Source of the DNA: Minisyncoccia bacterium
GTDB taxonomy: Bacteria; Patescibacteriota; Minisyncoccia; Phycocordibacterales; UBA9973
Direction: 5' to 3'
Assembly: GCA_039809245.1 (NCBI GenBank)
Contig: JBDHUP010000003.1
Coordinates: forward strand, 1 to 39,068
Length of the DNA stretch: 39,068 bases
The position numbers were made by a program, and so were the translations under genes. Within the stretch, counting starts at the first letter, position 1, and each line of letters begins with the position of its first letter. Under the pieces are notes generated by a model. That model made no database searches. It was not told the origin of the DNA and saw only the letters and a program-made list of their open reading frames with translations. Below, in pieces: positions 1 through 9,961 of the stretch.

Positions 1-99
1 GCCATTCTCTACAGTCAGTGCATTATAAACAGCTGGTAGATTCTCTTCGAATTCTACGTCTACGACCGGCCCGATAATTTTTTTGATTTTTCCTTTCAT
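1..99 (-). CDS. atpD: F0F1 ATP synthase subunit beta, 5' end (truncated by window edge)
   Basis: Manual translation from ATG at 99 gives MKGKIKKIIGPVVDVEFEENLPAVYNALTVENG, the typical beta N-terminus; lies directly after atpG. Confidence 0.95.
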   Translation of the reverse strand, partial: MKGKIKKIIGPVVDVEFEENLPAVYNALTVENG

Positions 100-127
100 A
101 ATAATTTGATACTTATAATAATAAAAT

Positions 128-1036
128 TTAACTTACGCTTGCCATGCCGGCACTAATTTCTGATATCTCTTGGGTGATTCCTGCTTGGCGGGCTTTGTTG
201 AAGACTAGAGTCAGGTCATCGATCATCTCTCCAGCGGCTTCACTAGCATTCTTCATAGCGACCATTCGGGATGACTGTTCAGAAGCACTCGACTCAAGGA
301 TCATCTGGTAAACTTGCATTCGGGTGAGCTTCTCAGCAAGGCTCTCAACTAACTTATTTATATCTCCTTCAAAAATGTATGGCACTGATGATTCTTTGAT
401 TGTATCCTCTAACTTTTCACTCTTTCTCTCATCTCCTAATGTCTCTATTAATTCTTTCAAGTCTTCTTTCTTAACTGGGAGGAGCTTTCTGACTGTTGCT
501 TTCTGAGTTAAGGCTGAGACGAACTCTGTGTAGACAACTCTGACATTCTTGTACTCACTAGTTCTATATTTGCGAGTAGTGAGTTCTGAGAGTGGGCGGA
601 TATCGTTTAGTGTAGCATTGTCTGGAATCTCTATGAATGAAGCGACTATATTCTGCCCTACTCGGCGCATAGCATTGTCGCCTTTCTTTCCAACTGAGAT
701 TATTTCGTATTCCACTCCATTTTCTTTTAATAATGAAAGTGTCTTTTTAATAGCTTGCGAATTGTATGAACCACATAGTCCACGATTCGAAGTGATAAGT
801 ACCACTAGCGATTTCTGGCCACCATTCTCAGTGAAGAATGGATGTGAAATATCATCTAGCTTACCAGAGAGTGAAGTTAATAGTTCCCAAGAATACTCAG
901 CGTAAAGACGTGAAGAAAGCGTCGCATTGACTGCACGCTTCATCTTCGAAGCTGCCACGAGCTCCATAGCTTTCGTGATCTTCTTCGTGTTCTTCACTGA
1001 ACGTATTCTGTTTTTTATTAATTTCTGGTTTGACAT
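128..1036 (-). CDS. atpG: F0F1 ATP synthase subunit gamma
   Basis: KITKAMELVAASK, RGLCGSYN, SRMVAMKNAS, RQAGITQEISEI motifs. Confidence 0.98.
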   Translation of the reverse strand: MSNQKLIKNRIRSVKNTKKITKAMELVAASKMKRAVNATLSSRLYAEYSWELLTSLSGKLDDISHPFFTENGGQKSLVVLITSNRGLCGSYNSQAIKKTLSLLKENGVEYEIISVGKKGDNAMRRVGQNIVASFIEIPDNATLNDIRPLSELTTRKYRTSEYKNVRVVYTEFVSALTQKATVRKLLPVKKEDLKELIETLGDERKSEKLEDTIKESSVPYIFEGDINKLVESLAEKLTRMQVYQMILESSASEQSSRMVAMKNASEAAGEMIDDLTLVFNKARQAGITQEISEISAGMASVS

Positions 1037-1047
1037 AAATTATTTTA

Positions 1048-1164
1048 TTAAAATAACTTGAGAATAATATATGTTAATATACCTCCCACTACACCTCCCA
1101 TAAAAAATTCTAACCAACTAACTCTTGTTTCAAGTTTATTTACTTTTTTAATTAAGTCTTCCAT
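1048..1164 (-). CDS. Small 38-aa coiled-coil plus C-terminal transmembrane protein inside the atp operon (below ORF-track cutoff)
   Basis: ATG at 1164 to TAA at 1048: MEDLIKKVNKLETRVSWLEFFMGGVVGGILTYIILKLF; starts 3 nt after the atpA stop, ends 11 nt before atpG, fills the gap. Confidence 0.7.
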   Translation of the reverse strand: MEDLIKKVNKLETRVSWLEFFMGGVVGGILTYIILKLF

Positions 1165-1167
1165 AGT

Positions 1168-2670
1168 TTATTTTACAAATGTTTTCACAAAGTCCTCAAT
1201 TACTTTCTTTAAGCTTGCCTCACTCTCATCTGTCCACATTTTGCTTTTCTCTATGTCAGCATAGAAATCTTTTGCATTTTGCTCTGCATAATCTCCTAGT
1301 TCTTCTTCAAACTGCTTAATCTTATCTGCTGGGATAGCGTCCATATAGCCTTTCACAAGTGCGTAAAGAGTTACTATCTGGCGAGTTGTACCAACTGGAG
1401 AGTATTGAGGCTGTTTGAGGACTTCCACAGCTCTTTTACCGCGCTCTAGCTGGCGCTTGGTAGCTTCATCTAAGTCTGAACCGAATTGAGAGAAGGCTTC
1501 CAGTTCACGGAATTGCGCAAGGTCAAGCTTGAGTGTACCCGCGACTTTCTTCATAGCTTTAATCTGTGCACTTCCTCCCACACGAGATACAGAGTTACCG
1601 ACGTTTACCGCAGGGCGAATACCTTTGTAGAAAAGATCAGTCTCTAAGAATATCTGTCCGTCTGTAATAGAGATAACGTTTGTCGGAATGTAAGCAGAGA
1701 TATCTCCACCTTGAGTTTCAATAATTGGGAAAGCAGTAATAGATCCACCACCGTAATCTTTATTTCTTCGGCAAGCACGCTCAAGCAAGCGTGAGTGCAA
1801 GTAGAATACGTCTCCAGGGTATGCTTCACGTCCTGGTGGGCGGCGAAGTAGAAGTGAGATCTCACGGTATGCTACTGCGTGCTTTGAAAGATCATCGTAG
1901 ATAATTAGCACATCTTTCCCTTGATCCATAAAGAATTCAGCTATAGAAACTCCAGTGTAAGGAGCGATGTATGAAAGTGCGGCAGCTTCTGAAGAACCAG
2001 CAGAAACGATAACTGTGTAGTCCATAGCTCCACCTTCTTCTAAACGAGTTTGAAGTTTACGAAGCTTAGAATCTTTCTGACCGATTGAGACATAAACACA
2101 GATCATATTCTGACCTTTCTGGTTTAGGATGGCGTCGATAGCGATAGCAGTCTTTCCTGTCTGACGGTCACCGATGATAAGCTCACGTTGACCACGTCCG
2201 ACTGGAATAATCGCGTCGATCGCTTTGATACCAGTTTGCACTGGCTGATCTACACTCTGACGACTCATAACCCCTGATGCGACGCGCTCGATAGGATAAG
2301 TCTTACTTGACGCTACTTTACCTTTACCATCGATAGGTTCACCAAGTGCATTTACTACGCGTCCGATTTGAGCATCGCCTACTGGTACAGAAAGAATTTC
2401 CCCAGTTGCTTTAACTTCATCTCCTTCCTTAATAGCCTGGAATCCTCCAAGAACAATAACTCCGACTGAATCTTCATCGAGGTTTAGAGCTACACCTGTT
2501 GCACCTGAGGCAAAAGTAACCATTTCTGAGGCTTTTAGATCAGAGAGTCCAGAGACTTTCGCAATACCATCGAATACTTCGATAACATGGCCGACTTTCT
2601 CAGCTTTCGAATCTACTTGGAATTTATCTATCTGCTTTCTTAAATTTTCTACAATTGTATTTTTAGCCAT
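1168..2670 (-). CDS. atpA: F0F1 ATP synthase subunit alpha
   Basis: GDRQTGKT Walker [38 protein letters not shown]. Confidence 0.99.
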   Translation of the reverse strand: MAKNTIVENLRKQIDKFQVDSKAEKVGHVIEVFDGIAKVSGLSDLKASEMVTFASGATGVALNLDEDSVGVIVLGGFQAIKEGDEVKATGEILSVPVGDAQIGRVVNALGEPIDGKGKVASSKTYPIERVASGVMSRQSVDQPVQTGIKAIDAIIPVGRGQRELIIGDRQTGKTAIAIDAILNQKGQNMICVYVSIGQKDSKLRKLQTRLEEGGAMDYTVIVSAGSSEAAALSYIAPYTGVSIAEFFMDQGKDVLIIYDDLSKHAVAYREISLLLRRPPGREAYPGDVFYLHSRLLERACRRNKDYGGGSITAFPIIETQGGDISAYIPTNVISITDGQIFLETDLFYKGIRPAVNVGNSVSRVGGSAQIKAMKKVAGTLKLDLAQFRELEAFSQFGSDLDEATKRQLERGKRAVEVLKQPQYSPVGTTRQIVTLYALVKGYMDAIPADKIKQFEEELGDYAEQNAKDFYADIEKSKMWTDESEASLKKVIEDFVKTFVK

Positions 2671-2671
2671 A

Positions 2672-3079
2672 TTAGTTTTTTATTAAATGATTTTGTAATT
2701 GGTGTAATCTGTGTGCGAGCGTGAGGTCTACTATTTCGCCCTGTGCTTCGATTTTGAAACCGTTTATTAATTTCTCATCGACGCTCTCATCTATCTCCAC
2801 TTGCTTTGCTTTGTATCTCTTTTTCAAACTTTCCTCTAATTCTTCGATTACTTTCTTTGATAAGGTGTTGGCACTTTTGACTTTTACTCTGACTATCTTC
2901 TCCTCTTTGTCCATAATATGTTCTAGTTGAGACAATATTTCTTTTGATTTACCTAGAAGTCTGTTCTTATCCATAAACTCAACTACATTTGCAAGCGCAA
3001 CATTAAGATCATGACCACTCTTATCTTTAGTGTTCTTGTATATTGCCTCGGCTAATGTTTTAATTGAGCGGACTTTCAT
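2672..3079 (-). CDS. atpH: F0F1 ATP synthase subunit delta (short, 135 aa)
   Basis: Between atpF and atpA; delta/OSCP C-terminal pattern [18 protein letters not shown]. Confidence 0.85.
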   Translation of the reverse strand: MKVRSIKTLAEAIYKNTKDKSGHDLNVALANVVEFMDKNRLLGKSKEILSQLEHIMDKEEKIVRVKVKSANTLSKKVIEELEESLKKRYKAKQVEIDESVDEKLINGFKIEAQGEIVDLTLAHRLHQLQNHLIKN

Positions 3080-3081
3080 AT

Positions 3082-3573
3082 CTATATGTGGTTTATTTTC
3101 TTAATAGCTTTTTCAGTTACAGACTTATCAGCTTGATCACTTAATACTTTCTCTGTAGCAGAAACAACTAAAGAGACTATCTCATTCTTCGCTTCTTCTA
3201 CCATTTTATTCTTTTCAGATTCTAGATTCTTCTTTCCACTTGCGATCATCGCATCTACTTCGGTTTGAGCCTTCTCGAGCATCTCGGCGCGTTTTACTTC
3301 TGCTTCCTTCTTCCCTTCTTGGAAAAGAGTGTGTGCTTCAGCGCGAGCCTTTGCTATAACTTCCTCGTATTCTTTTGTAGTCTTCTCTATAAGTTCAGCA
3401 CTATGCTTGGCATCTGAAATGCCTTTCTCTATAGTACTAGTACGCTCACTCATTATCTTCTTTAATGGTTTAAGAGCGAAGAAGTAAAGCAATGCGAAAA
3501 CAATTGCAAAGTTTATCGCTTGAGCGATCAAAATTTTCCAATCTATGTGAAATGTTGAAATGAATGAATCCAT
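3082..3573 (-). CDS. atpF: F0F1 ATP synthase subunit b
   Basis: N-terminal TM (AQAINFAIVFALL..KPL), conserved ER, long charged helix; operon position. Confidence 0.96.
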   Translation of the reverse strand: MDSFISTFHIDWKILIAQAINFAIVFALLYFFALKPLKKIMSERTSTIEKGISDAKHSAELIEKTTKEYEEVIAKARAEAHTLFQEGKKEAEVKRAEMLEKAQTEVDAMIASGKKNLESEKNKMVEEAKNEIVSLVVSATEKVLSDQADKSVTEKAIKKINHI

Positions 3574-3590
3574 ATTATTTAATTTATTAT

Positions 3591-3672
3591 TAGTTTCGCA
3601 AGAAATCTCTTCTGAAAAGGTCCTCGGACTTTCTCACCAGACCATTTCCATAAGAGATTTCCTGCTTCACTA
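3591..3672 (-). repeat. Structured RNA/palindromic element, copy A (between atpE and atpF)
   Basis: mRNA strand UAGU-GAA-GCAG-GAAAUCUCUU-A-UGGAAA-U-GGUCUGG...CCGAGGACC-UUUUCA-G-AAGAGAUUUC-UUGC-GAA-ACUA; core shared with copy at 4004-4096. Confidence 0.8.
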
Positions 3673-3726
3673 GGTTTAGCACCTAGCTTCTAGCAACTAG
3701 GGATTCTAATTGCCAGTAGTAAGTTG

Positions 3727-4089
<363 letters not shown>

Positions 4090-4096
<7 letters not shown>

Positions 4097-4995
4097 GTCG
4101 CGTGTGTAATATGTTCTTTGTGCTCGTGCTTCTCATCGTGTGCATCGTGATCAGTGGCTGCGATTGTGAAATACACCAATGTAAGAAGTGCGAATATAAA
4201 AGCTTGTATAAGTCCAACGAATATTTCAAGTCCTATGAATGGTAGTGGAAGGACGTAGGCAAGAATTGCTCCCATAGCCATAAGTAGTACTTCACCAGCG
4301 AAGACATTTCCGAATAAACGGAAAGAAAGAGATGCAATCTTTGCGAACTCTCCTACAAGCTCCAAAATACCAACAAAGAACATTATCGGAGCTGATATAA
4401 GAATTGCTGGCTCTTTGCGAACCTTCTTTACTATCTCTCCGAACGCCTTTACATTAACATATTTATTGAACATTTTCCAGACACCAATAGATAAAATGCC
4501 GAATATATTTGAGCCAACTACAGCCACTAATCCTAGCGCTAGAGTTGTGTTTATATCTGCTGTTCCGCTACGGATAAAAGGTATAAAAGCTCTACCATGC
4601 TCTGTAGTTTCAATGATTCCAAATCCACCGAGAGGAAGTATTCCGAACCAGTTATTTATAAGGACGAATAAGAATATAGTGAAAGCAAGCGGAAAAACAC
4701 GAGCTGTAATCTTCTTATCGCCTGTGACTGAGTCAGCTAGATTCATAGCGCCTTCAATAATAGCTTCAAAAACGTTTTGGATACCTTTTGGTATCTTTTT
4801 ACTTTTTACTTTTATTACTAAAGAAAAAACGAGGAAAAATATAACAACAATCCAAGTTGTAAATAGTGCATTTGTAACAGTAAAAGATCCTATGTGAGCT
4901 ATAGGTTCAGCATAGAGTGTAGACTCATGAGATACTTCTTCATGAGCTTCTGTTGTTGTTTCTATTTCTAAATTTTCTAAATTATTCGTTTCCAT
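4090..4995 (-). CDS. atpB: F0F1 ATP synthase subunit a
   Basis: TADINTT, SLSFRLFGNVFAGE with essential Arg, IQAFIFALLT. Confidence 0.98.
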
Positions 4996-5236
4996 CTTTT
5001 TCTTTCAAAACATCCTTATCATACTTCTTCGCAATGCGTACTATTGCAATCATTGAGATTGTAAATGACGTTGCAAGTGCAACTCCGAGTATCCATGGGG
5101 TAGAATTGAATTTCTTATCTAAATATTTTTCAACCAAGACACTTACAAGTACTGGTCCGATGATCCAAGCAGAAATTCTAGTGAATATTTTTAAATATTC
5201 GCCTTTTAGATTAGGCACTTTTTTGTTTGTCATCAT
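4982..5236 (-). CDS. AtpZ/AtpI-family two-TM protein
   Basis: Two TM helices around LDKKFNSTPW, first gene of the atp operon. Confidence 0.8.
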   Translation of the reverse strand: MMTNKKVPNLKGEYLKIFTRISAWIIGPVLVSVLVEKYLDKKFNSTPWILGVALATSFTISMIAIVRIAKKYDKDVLKEKDGNE

Positions 5237-5273
5237 TTTCCATTCTTTTACTTATAGAATCAAACTATAAGTG

Positions 5274-5345
5274 TGCGTGTGGAAAGAATCGAACTTTCGA
5301 CCTCTGTCTTATCAGGACAGCGTTCTACCACTGAACTACACACGC
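5274..5345 (-). tRNA. tRNA-Ile (GAT), CCA not encoded
   Basis: GCGTGTG acceptor stem, TAGTTCAGTGGTAGAAC D arm, CTGTC-CT GAT AA-GACAG anticodon arm, GAAAG-TTCGATT-CTTTC T arm. Confidence 0.95.
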
Positions 5346-5420
5346 ATTCCCCTCTTAACAAAAAACAGGCGCGGGTTTCGCGACACCAGAACTATATCAA
5401 AAAAAGCTTATTTCTGCAAA

Positions 5421-5450
5421 CAAAAATACTCCCGATTTGGAGTATTTTTG
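5421..5450 (-). terminator. Intrinsic terminator after RRM gene
   Basis: caaaaatactcc-N6-ggagtatttttg inverted repeat. Confidence 0.7.
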
Positions 5451-5474
5451 AGATAGAGTTTTTAGATAATTGAA

Positions 5475-5762
5475 TTATCTGTTTCCACGGAAACCGCCAC
5501 CTGCTGGGCGCTCTTCCATTGGACGAGCTTCGTTAACTGTAAGGTTGCGACCTTCGTAGTCCTTACCGTCAAACATTGAGATAGCTGTCGCTGCATCGGC
5601 ATCGTTTTCCATTTCTACGAAACCGAAACCTTTAGAGCGACCTGTCATCTTATCCATAATAATAGTTGCTGATGCAACTGGGCCTACTTGCTCAAAGTGA
5701 GCTTTAAGCTCGTCGTTAGTCGTCTTATAAGGAAGACCTCCGACATATAACTTTTTTGCCAT
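5475..5762 (-). CDS. RRM (RNP-1) single-domain RNA-binding protein
   Basis: KLYVGGL (RNP2), KGFGFVEM (RNP1), Gly/Arg tail; start placed at MAKK. Confidence 0.95.
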   Translation of the reverse strand: MAKKLYVGGLPYKTTNDELKAHFEQVGPVASATIIMDKMTGRSKGFGFVEMENDADAATAISMFDGKDYEGRNLTVNEARPMEERPAGGGFRGNR

Positions 5763-5958
5763 ATATGACAATGTGCTTCTTGTAGCGTACTTTCATACAT
5801 CTACTCGAAGAAAACTAATTTATAAATGTAATCGCTCGAAGCCTGATTTCATTTACATACTCAATGCTTACGAAAGCTAATCGTATGAAACTAATAACCA
5901 AAACGTTTTACAACTACTGGCCGAAAGTATACCACAGGCCTGTCAAATACACAATGGA

Positions 5959-6900
5959 TTATTCCTCCTCAGCATCCCCTATTACCCCTGCTTGCATGGC
6001 TTCTATGATTTTATTTAAATTACCGTCCATAATGCCTGGGATGTTTGACCAAGATTGTTTGATGCGGTGGTCTGTGATTCTATCTTGTGGGAAGTTGTAA
6101 GTTCGGATTTTCTCACTGCGGTCTGCTGTACCTATCTGAGCTTTTCTGTCCCCCGAATACTTTTTTGCTTCTTCTTCATCTTTAAGCATTTGTAATTTTG
6201 CTATAAGGAGCGACATAGCTTTCTCGCGATTACCGAGCTGGTTACGCTCACTTGTTGAGCGGACATCTATACCCGTTGGCTTATGAATAAGGCGAACGGC
6301 AGTCTCAACTTTGTTCACGTTCTGTCCTCCGGCACCACCTGAACGTGAGTACTCCATATCTAGATCGGCTGGATTGATTTCAATTTTACTTTTCTTGCGG
6401 ATTGGAAGTATGGCCACTGATGCTGTAGAGGTATGAATTCTCCCATTCTTTTCTGTAGCAGGAATACGCTGGACTCGGTGAACTCCAGTTTCAAACCGTA
6501 ATAACTTATAGACATCCTTACCTTTTATTTCAAGCGTATATTCATCTAAGTGTTTTACATTCCAACCTTTACTTTCAGAGAATCTCTCATACATTGCGAC
6601 TAATTCAAGCGCAAAGAGTGAAGCTTCATCACCTCCTGCTCCTGCTCGAGTTTCAAGAACCACTTCATTCGGGAATTCCTCTTCCTCTTCATCAGCTTTC
6701 ATAATTTCTTCAAGTTGTCTTTCAACTGCTTCTTTTTGAAATTTAATATTCTGCAACTCTTCATCAGCTAAATCACGCAATGATTCATCTTGCGCTACCA
6801 TATCATTTACTTTCTGTTCTTCTCCAATAAGTCTCTCATATTCTCCGGCGAAGTAGCTAGTTTTGTGATTTTTCTTTAATTCTTCTAAGTCAAAATTCAT
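5959..6900 (-). CDS. prfA: Peptide chain release factor 1
   Basis: GGQ motif (GAGGQNVNK), RF1-type PAT tripeptide (RVQRIPATE), [19 protein letters not shown]. Confidence 0.96.
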   Translation of the reverse strand: MNFDLEELKKNHKTSYFAGEYERLIGEEQKVNDMVAQDESLRDLADEELQNIKFQKEAVERQLEEIMKADEEEEEFPNEVVLETRAGAGGDEASLFALELVAMYERFSESKGWNVKHLDEYTLEIKGKDVYKLLRFETGVHRVQRIPATEKNGRIHTSTASVAILPIRKKSKIEINPADLDMEYSRSGGAGGQNVNKVETAVRLIHKPTGIDVRSTSERNQLGNREKAMSLLIAKLQMLKDEEEAKKYSGDRKAQIGTADRSEKIRTYNFPQDRITDHRIKQSWSNIPGIMDGNLNKIIEAMQAGVIGDAEEE

Positions 6901-6920
6901 ATATTTTAATTATATAGCAA

Positions 6921-6959
6921 AAATAAAAAACTAGCTCTTACAAGACTAGTTCTTTATTT
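6921..6959 (-). terminator. Intrinsic terminator after rpmE
   Basis: Minus strand AACTAG-TCTT-GT-AAGA-G-CTAGTT followed by T-run. Confidence 0.55.
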
Positions 6960-6966
6960 AGAATAG

Positions 6967-7179
6967 TTATTTCTTTTTTGCGATAGCTGCACGCTTCTTG
7001 AAGCGATCTACACGCCCAGCAGTATCTAGAACCTTTTCATTTCCAGTATAAAATGGGTGGCACTGACTACATATTTCAACGTTTATTTCATCCATAGTAG
7101 AACCTACAGTAAAAGTCTTACCGCATGCGCAGATAACTTTTGAAGCACTATTGTGTTTTGGGTGTATGTCTTTCTTCAT
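6967..7179 (-). CDS. rpmE: 50S ribosomal protein L31 (Zn-binding C+ form)
   Basis: [27 protein letters not shown]; start moved to MKKDIHP. Confidence 0.97.
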   Translation of the reverse strand: MKKDIHPKHNSASKVICACGKTFTVGSTMDEINVEICSQCHPFYTGNEKVLDTAGRVDRFKKRAAIAKKK

Positions 7180-7205
7180 AAGGCTCATATTCTAGCACGA
7201 GTTAT

Positions 7206-8570
7206 CTAGTTTTGCAAAGGGTCAATCATCTTTGTCTGAATACTCTCCATTTTAGCCATGACTTGTCTACCATAAGTACAAGTAGAGCCTCCAGTCCCAA
7301 AGTACTTACAAGCAGCTCTAATTTGAGCTGTATAACTATCACCTATACCTCCTAATTCTGATAAGAACAGTGCAGAAGCCATAATTGCATCTGGAGGGTT
7401 CCATGGATCAGCTGTTTTTATACCCAGAGCACTTGCCACACGACCTTGAATTCCTTTCCAAGTTGAAGGTATGAATTGCGCAGGCCCCATAGCTCCACCA
7501 TAAGTTGACTCGCCTCCTGGGCATGACACTGGAGTCTTTGTCGGATCACGACCAAGAGCAACTGTAATATCAGTAAATGGTTGTAAATCTCTAGTTGGTT
7601 TCATTATAGTAGCGTAAACTTTACCAGTTTTAATATGGACACCACCACCAGTTTCTAAATTAGTTACATAGCATGACCCTTGGTTTGCACCTAAGTTACT
7701 CTCTTGAGTTATGACAGCAAGAACAAATGCTGGTGTAACTCCAGTTACTCGAGAAGCATTGTTTGCATACTCAAGAGCTTTACCAAAAGGAATAGCTGAT
7801 ACGTCACGCAGATTAAATAGTATAGCTAAGATTTCTGCTCTCCTTCTTGCTTTCTCTGCCAAGACTTGTTGGTATTCTTTCTCCTTGTTTTTACTAATAG
7901 ATAGTAATTGCTGTTTCTGAACTTCGGTTAATTCTACATTCTTTTTTGTATTCTCAAGTTGAACTTTTACATCAGTTTCTTGATTTTTCTTTTCTTCAAG
8001 ACTTTTTCTTTCAGACTCTGTTTCTACCTTTACTCCTCTAATTTCTGCAACTGATCTCCTTATGCCATCTTTTAAAGAAGCAAAGGTGTCGATATCACCA
8101 TAAGCATCAGATAAATTATCTTGAGAAAGGATAAAAGCTATTAATGATTTCTCATCAAGTTCTCTATCTTTACGAATTAATTGAGCGAGAGACTCTTTTT
8201 CGGTATCTATTTTGGTCACGAGAGTTTCAATTTTTTGATTTTTTTGGACTATCTCACCTCCTAATTTCTTGATTACAAGATTTTTAGCTTTAATATCAAG
8301 CTGAGCTTTCTTGATCTGGGTACTTAAAATAGCAATATCTCTAGATAAAGACACAGATTGACCTTTTTGATTGTCTAACTCTTTTTGCTTTTGGGCTATT
8401 TCTTGAAGAAGTTGATCATATTCTGCTTGTAATTTAGCCCTATCTGCTTGGGCATTCTCTAGAGCTTGATCTGCGTATACAGGAAGAATATTAGAGGTAA
8501 AACTAGTTAACAATAATGAAATAATTAAAATAAAAGAAAAACAATGCCGAATATAACGATTTATATGCAT
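7206..8570 (-). CDS. Secreted coiled-coil protein with C-terminal lytic transglycosylase (SLT-like) domain
   Basis: Signal/TM, about 220-aa coiled coil, catalytic QESNLG, GAMGPAQFIPSTW motif. Confidence 0.85.
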   Translation of the reverse strand: MHINRYIRHCFSFILIISLLLTSFTSNILPVYADQALENAQADRAKLQAEYDQLLQEIAQKQKELDNQKGQSVSLSRDIAILSTQIKKAQLDIKAKNLVIKKLGGEIVQKNQKIETLVTKIDTEKESLAQLIRKDRELDEKSLIAFILSQDNLSDAYGDIDTFASLKDGIRRSVAEIRGVKVETESERKSLEEKKNQETDVKVQLENTKKNVELTEVQKQQLLSISKNKEKEYQQVLAEKARRRAEILAILFNLRDVSAIPFGKALEYANNASRVTGVTPAFVLAVITQESNLGANQGSCYVTNLETGGGVHIKTGKVYATIMKPTRDLQPFTDITVALGRDPTKTPVSCPGGESTYGGAMGPAQFIPSTWKGIQGRVASALGIKTADPWNPPDAIMASALFLSELGGIGDSYTAQIRAACKYFGTGGSTCTYGRQVMAKMESIQTKMIDPLQN

Positions 8571-8585
8571 ACCCAAGTATTATAA

Positions 8586-8630
8586 CATATAAAAAATCCT
8601 ATCTATATAGTAGATAGGATTTTTTATATG
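8586..8630. terminator. Bidirectional intrinsic terminator after rplY
   Basis: catataaaaaatcctatcta-N5-tagataggattttttatatg, 20-bp inverted repeat. Confidence 0.8.
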
Positions 8631-8637
8631 TACGTTA

Positions 8638-9294
8638 TTATTCAGCTTTTGCTTCTCCGCCTTCTGATTCACCTTCTGCATCTTTCTTACCTTTCTTCTC
8701 AACTTCAATTGCAGATAGGTCAACTGGTGCTTCTTCTTCTACTTTCTCTGCTTTAGCTGGTGCAACTAATGCAACAACTTCCTCTCCATGTGTAATCATA
8801 GTCACACCTTTTGGTAATATAATGTCTTTAACATGAATCTGGTTCTGAAGAGTTTCAAGACTTGAAATATCAACTGAAATTGCATGTGGAAGGTCTTTAG
8901 GTAGAGCTTCAATATGAACTTCGTGAATTATCTTCATAAGAGAACCTAAGCCACTCTTTTCTGCTGGAGCGACTCCTGTAAATTCAAGAGGAACTTGGAC
9001 TTGAACTGGTTTGTTCATATCAATAGCCAAGAAATCAGCGTGCATCGGAAATCCTTTTACAGGATCAACATGCACATCATGAATAAGTACATCAATTTTT
9101 TTACCTTCTAAATCAAGTGCTATTGTACTTGATTCTCCGGCTTCTTTAAAAGCTTTTATGAAGTCGATACTCGGTACGGAAATTGATGTGTTTTCCACAC
9201 GAGCGCCATAGACAACTGCTGGGATCATACCGTTAGATCGTATGACACTTAGCTTATCTGCCTTACTTCGCTTTGTTGCGGTTAATGTTTGCAT
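8638..9294 (-). CDS. rplY: 50S ribosomal protein L25/Ctc (long form)
   Basis: R..GMIPAVVYG, HADF, ALPKDLP, acidic tail; start at MQTL. Confidence 0.95.
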   Translation of the reverse strand: MQTLTATKRSKADKLSVIRSNGMIPAVVYGARVENTSISVPSIDFIKAFKEAGESSTIALDLEGKKIDVLIHDVHVDPVKGFPMHADFLAIDMNKPVQVQVPLEFTGVAPAEKSGLGSLMKIIHEVHIEALPKDLPHAISVDISSLETLQNQIHVKDIILPKGVTMITHGEEVVALVAPAKAEKVEEEAPVDLSAIEVEKKGKKDAEGESEGGEAKAE

Positions 9295-9356
9295 AAGGGT
9301 GATAATAGCATAAAAATCTATTATTGACAAATTATCTTATAGGTTATAGTCTTATA

Positions 9357-9468
9357 TCGCACCAATAATTATTGAAGGGTAAAAAAACCATAGGCCAATT
9401 ATATTTATAAGGGCCAAAAATGGTGCAGAAGAATAGGGTCAGTAGACATACAGCTACTGGCCCTTTTT
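9357..9468 (+). ncRNA. Candidate small RNA (promoter-like sequence, multi-stem fold, terminator, no ORF)
   Basis: TTGACA 9324 and TATAGT 9345; GCACCA/TGGTGC closing stem; plus-oriented terminator 9435-9468. Confidence 0.35.
9435..9468 (+). terminator. Intrinsic terminator, plus-strand orientation
   Basis: AGGGTCAGTAG-N8-CTACTGGCCCT-TTTT; the G-U wobble and U-run work only on the plus strand. Confidence 0.65.
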
Positions 9469-9961
9469 ATTTTATATCTAATATATATTTAGGGATTATT
9501 TTATTATTTACGTAATAGGATTGAATTTTCTTCGGAAGCTTATTAAAGCTTTTTATTATTTTTCTACAGTTTTTACTCCCGCAATTACATCTCATCGTCC
9601 AAATATCATCTGAAGCTAAAACAGTTGAGTAATCAAAGAGCAACTCTTTACCAACCCCTATGGTTTTTATAGAAATTAAGAATAATTTCTTATTTCTCTT
9701 TACAATTTTACTATTTGGATCACATGAATGGTTCACGATTTCACCAAGCTCACCTTTTGGACTTAAAAACATTTCACTATCATATCTAATTGTATTAGAT
9801 CTAGTTTTCTCATCTAAGTTATCATCTTCATAGCAAGTTATGAGTTTACCTTTTAGTTCAAGAATAGTTTCTTTGGGTTTAAATTCTCTCTTTGTAAAAA
9901 CACCGTTACCATTTCTAGATTTTTTTATAAATAGATCTTTATATTTTGTGTGAATGTTCAT
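9467..9961 (-). CDS. SET-domain protein with post-SET (putative lysine methyltransferase)
   Basis: GNGVFT, NHSCDPN, ELLFDY, post-SET CNCGSKNCR; start could be 9970. Confidence 0.9.
   Translation of the reverse strand: MNIHTKYKDLFIKKSRNGNGVFTKREFKPKETILELKGKLITCYEDDNLDEKTRSNTIRYDSEMFLSPKGELGEIVNHSCDPNSKIVKRNKKLFLISIKTIGVGKELLFDYSTVLASDDIWTMRCNCGSKNCRKIIKSFNKLPKKIQSYYVNNKIIPKYILDIK

Noticed and set aside
3613-3650. Hammerhead-like string CUGGUGAG..GUCCGAGGAC in hairpin copy A
   Set aside because: No CUGAnGA core or GAAA after stem II, and copy B lacks the resemblance
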